From Podarcis liolepis (lineage: Eukaryota), in the NCBI GenBank assembly GCA_965112155.1, contig OZ218101.1: a stretch of 64,000 nucleotides of DNA; one strand, 5' to 3'. Positions 1 to 11,925 of the stretch are shown one piece after another. Under the pieces are notes generated by a model. That model was not told where the DNA came from and ran no database searches. It saw only the letters and a program-made list of their open reading frames with translations. Position numbers and translations under genes: made by a program. Numbering within the stretch: position 1 is the stretch's first letter; each line of letters begins with the position of its first letter.

Positions 1-2216
1 ATTCTTTCTTATCAAATCCCCATCTCTGAATTTTCTTCTTGCACTAGAGAGACTGTTCTATCTAGGAAGCAGTCAGCATTCTGTGACACTGGTTAGCCAC
101 TTCCTGGCACTTTTGTGTTGCTGATAGGGATGAAAACACCACTATCTATGGAGTAGAAGCTGGGTACAAGGAGCTACTGATCTGCTATGACTTAAGGGCT
201 AGATATTCCCAGTATCTTTTTTCCTAGTACAGCTACCAGGTACTCATACTGGTGTATCTGTGTTAGAGCTCCTGATGTTTTATTTTCCTTATGACTTCTT
301 AATTGGCCCTTTCTTCAATATTGTAGTTGTCACAGCTCATTCATTAAGCAGGATACCTTCGTCTTCTTCCCTGGGGATCATGTAACCTTCTAAATATGAA
401 TAAATATACCCTGCCTCTTGACCCTAAATGAATTCAAGATGGTGATATGAAATTCTGTGGCTGCTTATGACCTTAACCTATTACAGAAGTGTTTTTGCCA
501 GTGATAGCAGTGCATCCCAAAAAATTTTGTTGAAGACATTGGTGTCCTTTGAAATATAAAATGATTAGCTTTTACAGAAATTGACACAGTATTGAGGTGT
601 TGTGATATGAGTTCATAAAGGGTAATATCTACTTTCTGCAATTTCCATACATTTGGATGGGGCCCTAATTTTGTGTCCACATCTGTTACCATCGTTGAGT
701 TTGCAGAGCCATCTGTTCTTGTATGTCCTCTCCATGCTTCCAGTTCTTTCTCACATTGTAACTGTGTCCCCTATTTCCGTTGAGCATACGGCATACCATT
801 TTCCCCTGGATGACAGCCACTTTCTCATTTCATAGTAATTCCATTCCAATGTGGTTTTTGCATTTTTAATCTTTTTGTACCAATACAGGCTAGATAAGAA
901 AGATATTTTATTTTTATTTCATTAAATTTATGCACCACTTGATTGTGAAAAACCCTGAAAGCAGTTTACAAGAAGATATAAGTATTAGTTAATCTATTTA
1001 TGATACATTTGAAAACAGGTTTTACAGGTAGTTGGTTCATTGAGAAAACGTTACCCTTTTATAAATGAGTTTGCAGTAATTTTGTCTGTAGTTAACAACT
1101 GTGGTACTCCTTCATCCATTATCATAAACATTCTTTTTCAATATTCACATCGCGAGTAAAATGAACAAGAAGCCATGATTCCAGGAAAGCAGGCTCCCAC
1201 CTCATTCTAACCTGTTTACTCACAAATATGTCTCACAATATTCTGTTGGACTTTCTTCCTGTGTGTTAGGATTACAATTTAAACATATTTATGATGAGGC
1301 CATTGGTGTTGCAGAAATACTTTCAACTGCAAGAGTGATTGAATTGGGAAATAAATGTTGGTTTTTTGGGACTAATTTCCTGAAATGCACCACCACCACT
1401 GGTTAGGAGAAAAATTGTTTGAACATTTTTCTGGAATGATTTTAATTCAAGAAAATTGTAGTTTTGAATTCAATCTAATAATGCTCTCCTGGTTTGGTTT
1501 GAGTTTCTTTTAAGTATATGCTTAAGGCAAACAAATGTACATTGGTTTTTCTGCTTTTGTTATCTTGAAATATTTTGAGATTGGTTTGAGATTACAAATT
1601 GAACCTTCCCACTGGCCAAGTTAGCAATTTTATAAATATTGTTGAGAAAAGCCTTTTGATGTATTACAAAGACTTGTAGTCCATACATTTAGCTGCTCCT
1701 GAATCATCCTAGGATTGGATGAACAATTGTCAACAATCACATATGGTGTTCACTTTGCATTTGTGACAACTTTTTACATTCATTGAGAATGACATAGAAG
1801 ATGCATACCTAGACATGACCAGCCCTAAATGTGAACTACATGAATATTTACAATCTAATTCTAGAGTTATTTTAGTGTAATCGCTGTAGGGGGTTCTTTT
1901 AGGGAAGAACTACATGTCATAAGTGTCATGAGGCTGCTGTGCCTCCACCTCCCATAAGATATAGTACAACATATGCCTTGCCCTCTTGTCATTACGTTGT
2001 GTGTGATCTTTGTACGGATGTTAACTAACAATGTGGAGTAGGAACAGAAAAATGCAGAGCAATAACCTCAGAACAAGGGAGGTTGCTGTATTTGTTATGC
2101 AAGGTAGGAGGGAGGATTCAACCTGGCACTGCTGTTTTGGCAGCAGCCAATTTCTCCCTTAGTGCAGCTGCCTCTGCTCTGTTAAGGTTTATATATTACT
2201 TCTGAAGCATTCAGTG

Positions 2217-2579
2217 CAGGGATGAGGAGGGGGGCCCTTCAGTTAGAGGATTGCATTCTGTTGTAGGCAGCCTTCTAGGGGCTACATGCCACTGGTGGAC
2301 AGAAGGCAAAAGTGAGAAGTGCCCAGATACCACTATTACCTTTTTGCAGTAGGCTATGTCCAAGCCTTACAAAGTTGGAGGTTTGCACATAAACACAGAC
2401 ATTTTCCGTCCAGGCATGCAAAACTCACTATCGTAGATCAAGGTCATATTCCAGACAACTTGAAAGTACTTGAGGATAGTGCAAAATAAAGATTGGGCAG
2501 GGTCATGACATAAGAAATGTCCCAAGGGCCAGGTAGAGCCTGAAGGACAATATTTGGTCCCTGGGTCTGAAGTTCCCTG
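2217..2579. mobile_element. Old non-autonomous hAT-type element
   Basis: CAGGG...CCCTG ends; internal similarity (gggctacatgccactgg...) to copies at ~7300-7640 and 32491-32861. Confidence 0.5.
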
Positions 2580-3350
2580 TCAGATATAGAAGCTGGAAGA
2601 GTTGGGTTTGGCTGCTGAAATCCCCTACCCCTAGTCTAGTGTAATGTAAGGCAGCCTGATTGGTCAGCAGATTATTCAGCTCTGAGAAATATATTTTCTC
2701 CTCCCTTCAGTCCTTGAAAGTATCACCACCATTGATGTTACTCGTTGAGTTGAATTGTGACTGATTCATAACTTTCTACCCGGGCTCAAATAGACTGGGC
2801 TAGTAAGAATTAAACTGCAAAAGGAGAGGGGGGGAGAAAAGGTGGAAACATTGCTAAGTCTTTCCTTGAAATTAGCTGTAGAAGTATTATGGGACTAGGA
2901 AATGTTATTTCCCCTCTTTCCCCTACCTGTTTACCTGTTATTGTCCTAACTGGTACGAACACAGCTGAAAAGTTACATAATTGTTATTCATCCTTCTTTG
3001 ATTTAAAGTGCCAATTGAAGTGTGAACATAGACACAATCTCTAGGACCAGTAGCAATGCCCTGATTATAAAACTCCCTCCTTTCTCATATAAGGTTTGTG
3101 CAAACTCTGTTGAGGATTTTGTACCAGCTGAAGACTCAGTTCTTCAGCAGATCGTTGTTCATTCTATCTATATGTATTTTGCACTGATTTTAATGTAATC
3201 AATACTGGGGTGGCTTTGGCAATAAAGAACTGGTAATAGCCTATTTTATTTATTTAAAATATTTATCTGGTAGTATTATACAGGTTGAATTCTGCCCATG
3301 GGCCTTCAGTTACTAATCCCTAGTTCAATGGGGAAGCAAGAAGGTATACA

Positions 3351-3480
3351 CAGGGCTTTTTTTCAGCCCAAACTGACCGGAAATCAGTTCCAGCCCCTCT
3401 CGGGTGGGCACCATTGTCATTAAAAGAGAACAAGGGAGGCGTTCATGGTGAGTTGCTCTTTTTCTAGAGAAATAACACTG
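3351..3480. mobile_element. hAT-type MITE (130 bp)
   Basis: Ends cagggcttttt / aaataacactg; 8-bp TSD ggtataca / ggtatact. Confidence 0.7.
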
Positions 3481-5094
3481 GGTATACTGTAATGTTGCTT
3501 TTACAGCTGTGTACCGTGTAGGAGAGATTTCAGCCAGTTTTCTAGAGCTGTTTGATATTATTTATCAAGGTTGTAAGAGCCAAGATGGTTCAATAAATTG
3601 TAGTTATCTTCTGGTGGCCATGATGGAAGATTGGCATTATGTCAATTTAACTGCCTTTTAGGTTGCATCCACATGATTATGATTGCTGCTAGGAAAGCCT
3701 GGGGCTGTATTCAACTAAATCATTGCACTAGCAATGCTTCTAGCATAACCAGAAACCCCCTCCTCCACCTGCCCCTTCCCAAGATCTTCTCTGAAGAGTC
3801 AGGAGAACCCCCAAAATGGGGGGTGGGGGTGGAAGGAAACGGTAGTTAATTCTGTCAGGTAAGCAGCAATGTCCTAATTTAAATACAACCCCAAGTAGGT
3901 TATTCTTTTTATCTCCTAAAAGCAGCAGTCATCAATGGAGCAGGAACCCTCACATCATTGGACAACCACCACACACATGGTTTCTAACTAGCAGTCTCAG
4001 AGCCTGTGGGATTCCAGAGGGGAAGAAACTTTTTAGAACGTTGTGCAACACAAAGTTAGGTGAAAAGCTGTGGCTAAATACTTATTACTGGTCCTCCAGC
4101 TAGATCCAGTTCCCTGCCTCTTCTTTAGTAGGTCAAATGATAGAATTAAAATTCTATACCAGTGACTGATACATTAAACTTCTAGGGTGATACCCTTAGC
4201 CCATTGTTTTCATAAGCTTACTCTGTGTATGACTTGGTTGGCTATTACCCCAGTCTTTGTTTCCATAGAATAATTCCACAGAGTTGTACTTTCTAAATCA
4301 GTGTAATTTAAAAACTGATTATTTAGCACATTAATACCAAGCATCACTAGTATGTTCTAATTCTTGAAATCATTGCAGTTTTTTTATAGGCTCTGGCCAA
4401 ATGTTCCTAAGGGAAATTCCCATATATTTGGAAGGATATATTCCATATATTTGGAAGGAGGAAGTGGACCTGCAACAAAATTTGTTGCATTGCTGTCTGC
4501 AGCTATTCAGCATTCCAGTTATGCCTCTTTCCAGGATACTCTGTTGTATCCCACCAACCACCCAATTTTCTGTTCTCCCAACATTCAGCCAGTATCCTCT
4601 GCAGTATCCTGAGCATTTTCAGAACTCATTACACTGTCTTAGGGGGCAGGGGAATTTGAGTTCTCCCAAATCTGTAAGTCGTCCTATGCATAGATGCATG
4701 AGGTCCAACACTCCGACAATTGAGATCACTATTATAATACATTATTACAATCAGATTTTTAATTTTTTAAAATGTTATTAGTATCCTGGGTTTAAGGCAT
4801 AGCAACTTACATAATATTGACTCTTCCTTTATCAAAACAAGCACAGCATGAAGCCAAATAATACAGTGAACAGGGTTTTTTAAAAATAAACATACCTGGA
4901 TGTGGACAAAGTGCATGGATTGGTCAGCACGACTGCTTACGCTCTGGACCTTTGCCCCTCTTGGCTGATAAAAACTAGCAGGGAGGGGACAGGGAGGTGA
5001 TTCTTGCCTCCCTTCGAGAGGGTGTGGTCCCTGTCGACTTGAGGGAGACAGTGGGAAAACCACTTCTCCAGAAACCCTCCCTGGATTCAGAAAT

Positions 5095-5990
5095 TACTGG
5101 TAGTTACTGGCCAGTTGCCACTACCCCTTCTTGGGCAAGGTTCTTGATCAGGTAGTCATAGATCAGGTCCAGGCACTCTTGGAGGAAACTGATTTTCTAG
5201 CTCCATTTCAGTTATTTCAGTTGGGGTTTCTGCCCAGTTTCAACACAGAAACAGCTTTGGTTGCCCTGTATAATGACCTATGTCAGGAGAGAGACAGGGA
5301 AATATGTCCTTGTTAATAATGACCTATGTCATTATTGTATAATGACCTATGTCAGGAGAGAGACAGGGAAATATGTCCTTGTTAATTCTTCTGAACCTCT
5401 CAGTGGCTTTAATAACATCGACCACGGTATCCTTCTGGAGCAGCTCTCTGAGTTTGGGGTGGATGGCACCACCATTTTGTGGTGGTTTGGGTCCTACTAG
5501 AATGGTATTTCCAGAAGATAGTCCTTGGGGAGTGCTCTTTGGCCCTGTAGAGCCTTCAGTGCAGGATTCTCCAGGTTTCAGTTTTATTCCATATGCTGTT
5601 TAACATCTACACAAGTGGGGTCATCAGAGTTTTGGAGTTCATTGTCAGCAATATGCTGATGACACACAGCTGTACTTCTTTACAGGTATAGCAGTGGATG
5701 TGCTGGACCATTGTATTGCCTCAATAATAGAGTGGATGAGAGCCAATAAACTGAAACTCTATCTGGATTAGATTAAGGCACTGTTAGTAGGCAGTTCCAT
5801 AGACTTGAGGGTGGGAGGTGACCTGCTCTTGTGTACATCTGGATCCATTGTGTCACTTGAGGCTCAGGTGACCTTGGTGGCACAGAGTGCCTTCTATCCA
5901 CTTTGGCTAGTGGCTCAGCTGTGCCCCTTTCTGTACAGGGATAGCCTGACTTCTGTCTCTGGTAACCTCTAGAATTGGAATAACAGTATT
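5095..5990 (+). mobile_element. Degenerate L2/CR1-clade LINE fragment (RT region)
   Basis: Frameshifted RT motifs [27 protein letters not shown] and caatatgctgatgacacacag (QYADDTQ). Confidence 0.85.
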
Positions 5991-6683
5991 GGAACAAAAC
6001 CCACCCTCCTCTTCTTTCTGAAGGCATGAGGTCGGATTACACCAGAGCTTACATATTGTCATAGTCTATATCATTTATGTAGTGACAACATTCAATACTA
6101 TTTTTGCTTCCATGCTGCCTCCGTCTTACATTGTTAGACATAAGCCAACCTTTTAGCTTTTCCCTGTCACATTTTGGATGACCCAGCATCATATTGAACT
6201 TAAGCTCAGCAATGCTAAATTCTTAATCTCTTTCCATTCCTCTTATCCTTTTCTCCCTTAACCCCAGTGGTATTCTTTATTCATGTTCTTTTCAAGCCCG
6301 TAATTTGGGTGGCCATGTTAGATTTTGTTTTATCCTTTTCTTCCAGTATTTACTCTCATGCTAAACTTGTCATTTTCATCTTTATAACATTTTCTAAATC
6401 TTTCTAATAGAGCCTTAGCCCCTTTTCTCCCCCCCCCACCATAACACGTGTCTTGATTCTACTTGATTCTACATGTCTTGAAGGTACTGCCAGTTAATTG
6501 TTGAGCCCAGGGGGGGGGGGCGATAAGGTGAAAAGGCGGTGACTTAGGTTTATTGTCCCTGAATTACTGCTCTTGCTGACACGTAGATAAATTGGCAACA
6601 AAGGTGTGAATGAATCTACAGATTTTTCAGACTTGACTTTTGAGGGGAATTTTAATAGAATATATCTTTCTTTGCATCCCCAG

Positions 6684-6778
6684 GCACACAGACAAATGGC
6701 CTGGACTTTCAGAAACAGACTGTGCCTGCCGCGGGGGCAATATCTACAGCCCAGGCCTTCCTTGGACACCTTCATCAG
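6684..6778 (+). CDS. POU2F1: POU2F1 coding exon ([12 protein letters not shown]...AFLGHLHQ)
   Basis: cccag|GC acceptor, CAG|gtaaat donor; matches the Oct-1 N-terminal region. Confidence 0.96.
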
Positions 6779-9342
6779 GTAAATATTTGTTTCTTTTTAT
6801 TCTGAAATTTGGAAGGTAATATAAAGGGTTTCTCTCTCTCCGCACTATGTCGGCAAAACCAGAAACAACAAAGTAGTGCAAGGTTGGTGTCTTCTTTTGG
6901 AGGTATGCATAGAGGCTACCAAAGCTTTAGAAAGAGCAGCAGTGTCTTCTGTCTCAACATAAGAAAGGATGATTTACATGCCCTCTGAGTAGGCCCACAT
7001 TGCACAGTGTCTCATATGGCCATTTAAAGGTCTTTGTGACCTAAAACATAATTTCACAGTACATGGACATTTTTTGTACAACTGGATAATAGATGGGACC
7101 AGTTGACCGTATGGGACTAGTAGGCTACTTTCAATTGGGTTTCCAAAGAATCAAAGCTATCATTCTATGTGTCAACCTGTATGGTAGGCATATCTGGAAA
7201 TAGAGCTTGTTTTCACCATTCTATGTCTGTATTTCTATTTTCTTCTGAGAAATGTGAATATTCTTACCTAGGAGGAGCAAGAGCAATCCATTTCTTTAGA
7301 GCTGGAGTGAGAAACGTTTTTCAGCCCGAGGGCCATGTTCCCTTAATGGGGGTTGCATGTCATTGGCAAGTCGGCCTACAGGCAGATGTGGGTAGAGACA
7401 AAGTGGGTGGAGCAATTGATGGGACTCTTACCTTCACACAGCAGGCAACTTTCCAGCCACACAAAAGCCCGTGGTTTCACATCCACCCCACCCATTGACC
7501 AATATCATTCATTCTGGCAAACGAGAGGCATGGACAGACTTCATTATACATTATAGCTAGGCAAAAGCAGTTCAGGAGGCTGTAGGTAGGTTTGGGTATT
7601 TGTGGCCTGGGCAGAGTTCTGCAGGCGGGGAGTCCTTTCCTCAGAGTACAGTGGTACCTCTGGTTAAGAACTTAATTTGTTCCAGAGGTCCATTCTTAAC
7701 CTGAAACTGTTATTAACCTGAGGTACCACTTTAGCTAATGGGGCCCGCCATGCCACTGCCGGGCAATTTCTGTTCTCATCCTGAGGTAAAGTTCTTAACC
7801 CGAGGTCCTACTTCCGGATTAGTGGAGTCTGTAACCCAAAGTGTTTGTAACTCAAGGTGTTTGTAACCCGAGGTACCACTGTACTTGGCAGTATGCATGC
7901 CTGCTGATTTCCTGACAAAACTTGAAAGCCATCTAATCTGAAAGGACTGTGACTAATGTGTTTTCTGTCTTAAATTTTGACTCAATAAGAGTCTTTCGAG
8001 CTTGGGGAGGGAAGAGGGAAGCAACTGAGAATCCCAGCCCTTTGTCCACCTCCTCTGCCTACTCGTTTGTCCATCACAGCATCTACTGACATGGTAGAGG
8101 CAAGTTAGGTTTCCAAGTCCTGCTGCTTCTCCTCCCTAAACAAAACATTGTTTCCAGGCTCTGAGAAGCAGATGAAAAATGTTTCCATTCCCCACCCATC
8201 TCAGGTGTTGCATTTGAAGTAGGGAAGAGCAGCTTAAGTAGTGCTCTGTGTTGCCTCTTTCCCTTTTGAATCTGGTGCTTTGGGTTTTTGTTTTTGTTAT
8301 AGTGATGATGAGAAACATTGGTCCACCATAACCTTGGAGTTGCCTGAAGGAGGGGCATACCATTCTTCCCATAAGTTCCTGTTGTGGGTGTAGGCAGGTT
8401 TGTTGTCCCCAAATTGGTTTATACTCTTCTTGATAGGAATGAATGGCAGCCGTTTACGTATATACCCAGGCTAGGTAGCACATAACCACTAGGGAACATT
8501 GGACCTACTATGCCCTGAGAGAAAGCATCAGACAGGAAACCCAGGCCAAGAAGATAGTTGCATCTGCTCCCAAAGTCAGCTTGTGAATATTTTGTACTGC
8601 TTGCTTATGTTTAATATCTTAAATTGCAAACCACCCTGGGCAGCTTGGTCAAAAGGCAGTATATAAATGCAATAAATAAATACAGTAGAAAAGAACAGTA
8701 TGAACTTATGGTTACCATGAAGGCGAAACACCACAGAGATAAAAACATGTTTCCTGCTGGTTCCAGTGTCTTAAGAGGTCAGATATGATCCCTTATTACC
8801 CGACACCAAGACTTCAGCTTATCTGTACAATTTGAAGTCAGTAGGAACCATTTGAAGGCAGATCTAGCTATGTTCTACACATGTCAGGTGTGCCTTAATC
8901 ACTTTCATATTGTGTTACTTGCATTTGGCATGGGGCTGCCTATGAAAAGTATTCAGAAATCAGTTGGTGCAAAATGCCAAAGGTTCCCCCCCCCCGCCCC
9001 AGGTAACTTCTGCTTTATTGGCTTCCAGTTCGTTTCAAAGCCCATTTTAAAAGTGCTGGTTATTGTATTAAGAGCCACTAATAAAGCCAGTGCTGTTTCA
9101 TTGCACTTAGGTTTGAGTAGTGAAATATTTTTCTTCGCATCATTTAAAATTTATTTGCTGTGCTGCTTGATGCTGCTGTATAAATTGTGTGCTTTGTTAT
9201 GTTGTTTCCATTGTTGCTGGTGGTGCTTAGCAGCCTTGGGGAATAAAAATAAATAAAAGAAAATATTTGCATAGTCTCACTCTTTCATCTTTCTATGCTT
9301 GCCGTGGTTCCTATAATGTTCCTTAATGTGGAGTGTGCTTGC

Positions 9343-9392
<50 letters not shown>

Positions 9393-11878
9393 AAGAGGAA
9401 AGTAAATAGGCTGGTGAATGGTGATGCCGACATGATGGCCGTAATATGCACAGACCAAGATGATAAAGGGTCTGGAAACCTAGCTTTATGAGGAACAATT
9501 GAGGGAGTTGGGTATGTTTAGCCTGGTAAAAGAGGAGACTGAGAGCAGATATGACAACTATCTTCAAATATATAAAGGAAGATGGAGTAAGATTGTTTTC
9601 CCCTGCTAAAGTGGTTAGGGCCCAAACAAATGGCTTCAAGTTACAAGAAATGAACTAAACATCAGGATAAACTTTCTGACAGTAGGAGCTGTTGGAGAGT
9701 GGAACAGACTTTTTCAGGAGGTGGTTGACTCTCCTTCCTTGGATATTTTTAAGCAGAAGTTGGGTGGTCATCTGTCATGTATTATTCCTGCATCACAGGG
9801 GGTTGGAAGAGATAAACCTCAGGGTCCTTGCCAATTCTGCAGTTCTTTGATTCTATAACACTATTCATGCATGCCTTTCACATATCATTATCACTCATGC
9901 ACAGTCCAACAGTTGACCCAATGGTTTGACCCTCTCGACCAAACATCTGCCTGTCAAGAGTGTACACCACCCTCTGCCCCTAATTCTTGCATGCTGACTA
10001 ATTTTGAAACTTAAAAGGCCGTTTGTAAACCTTCTGTACCCCTGAGCAGCTAAACCCTGAGCAGCGTTTATGTCGAGCAGCTGAAGCTAGTCTCCTTATG
10101 GCCAATAGCTTATAGAGTTTTCAAAGGCATTAACACATATTTACTGAAAGTTCTATTTTCTCAAGCTTCTCTGATTCAGCCACTACTTTTATTTAATACT
10201 TTGTTCATCTCTTTATCAAAAAATTCTAAAAGATAACATACAGCTGCCTTTGACTTTAGCATGCTATATTTCTTAAATCTCAAGTGCCAGGGTATAATGA
10301 ATCTAGAACTTTGAAGTGGCTACTGTGTTTATATGTTTATCTTGAGTTGGCAGTTTCCCATGGTAAAACAAGCCAGAGTCACCTTATCATTCCATCCCTG
10401 TGCAGTATTTTTTTTTTATTTTTTTTTTATTTTGCAAGGCACTATTTACAGCAGAAAGTTTTTGCTTTGGAGCAACTTCAGCTCAGGCTTTGGTTAAAAT
10501 GGGTTTTTAGGCCTTTGCAATCAGTACCTAAGAGGCCTTTGTTCATAAGCTTATGCTGCAAAAAGAGCTGAAAAGGCCAAAAACTGGTAGTTTATTAACC
10601 TAGCCAATTCTCTAAGACAGCTGTGCATGATGATGCTTTGGAAGCCTTTCTCTAATTAATATGGTTGCTATCTCAGAATACTACAGGGCAGAAGATTAAA
10701 CTGGATGTTGGCACTGGAGATAGGAGCTTTTTTGGAGACAAATTGCCTGCTTGGTGACAGATGGCATGTTGTAATCTTGTAGAATCCAAACCCAGAAATG
10801 TAGGAACCATTTGAAGACATGGCATAACACTTCCTTGTATTGTTATTCTGCCTAGGTTATGCAAAAGGTAGTGTTGAATTAGTACTGTGTCACAGCTCGT
10901 GGAGTGCAGACTAACAACATATCTGTTTTGGAATTCCTTTTCATAAAAGTTACATTCCTTTTTTCTCACTTGACTTTCACCTTCAATATCTGGATAAACT
11001 GTGGCTACTCCCAAAAGTTTTCTGTTTGTAAAAAACTGACACTCAAAGTTAAGATTCCACCTAAAGATTTTAAATGGAGCAGGATAGTTCAGATACCTTG
11101 CCAAACCATGGCTTGTCATGATGCCTGTAGCACCACCAGCCATCAATCCATGATTTGTGAATGTCCACCAAACCAGGATTTTTGAAAAGTTCATATACTC
11201 TGGTTTCTCTTCAGATCGTATAAATCCTTTGCCTTTTACTAAAGGATCTTTGAAGAGACCACTGTTTGGATAATATCTGGGGATTCTTGGGAAAGGCAGG
11301 AGGAGAAAGTAACCCCAAATAATTGTTTGTCTGAACCTCTGGAATGCAAATTATCATTTGGAGTATAAACTATAGTTAGGGCAAACCATGTTCTGGCATT
11401 AGATCAGAATCAATCATTATATTTTAAAATTCTAATTATCTCAGTGGTCTTAGGTGTTTCGAAAACTAGAGATACTTTCTTTTTCAGCTATTTTACTTCT
11501 CTCCAGTTTTGTGTTTTTAAAAGTACATCATTTTTATAGGTTCAGCTCCCTGGATCAAGTTTACAGGCTGCTGCCCAGTCTTTAAATGTACAGGTAAGTG
11601 CTTTTGCGTCTGCATCAACTTTTTTTCTTTCTACTTTTCTTTTTGCAGTACCAATGGGAGAGTTTGGCAGCCATTAACAAATGTTGCTCAGTACAGAAGT
11701 CCTGTTTGACATTAAAAGATGTTTGAAAAACTCCCAAGAGTTGGAGCTGAAATAAGATGGTCAGCATGGCCTTACTTTAATCACTTCGGGTTTTTCTTTA
11801 TAATAATAAAGATTTATAGTTAAAATCTGAAATTGGTTGCTCTTCTGTTCTCTGCAAGATGCAGCTGACTGCTTAAGC

Positions 11879-11925
<47 letters not shown>

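Noticed and set aside
1-6683. Upstream POU2F1 exons (MNNPSETSK...) or alternative first exons
   Set aside because: No matching sequence found; the region reads as intron with TE relics.
10673-11194. 173-aa minus-strand ORF in a POU2F1 intron
   Set aside because: No recognisable homology; starts in a degenerate aaccatgg-type repeat; consistent with chance.
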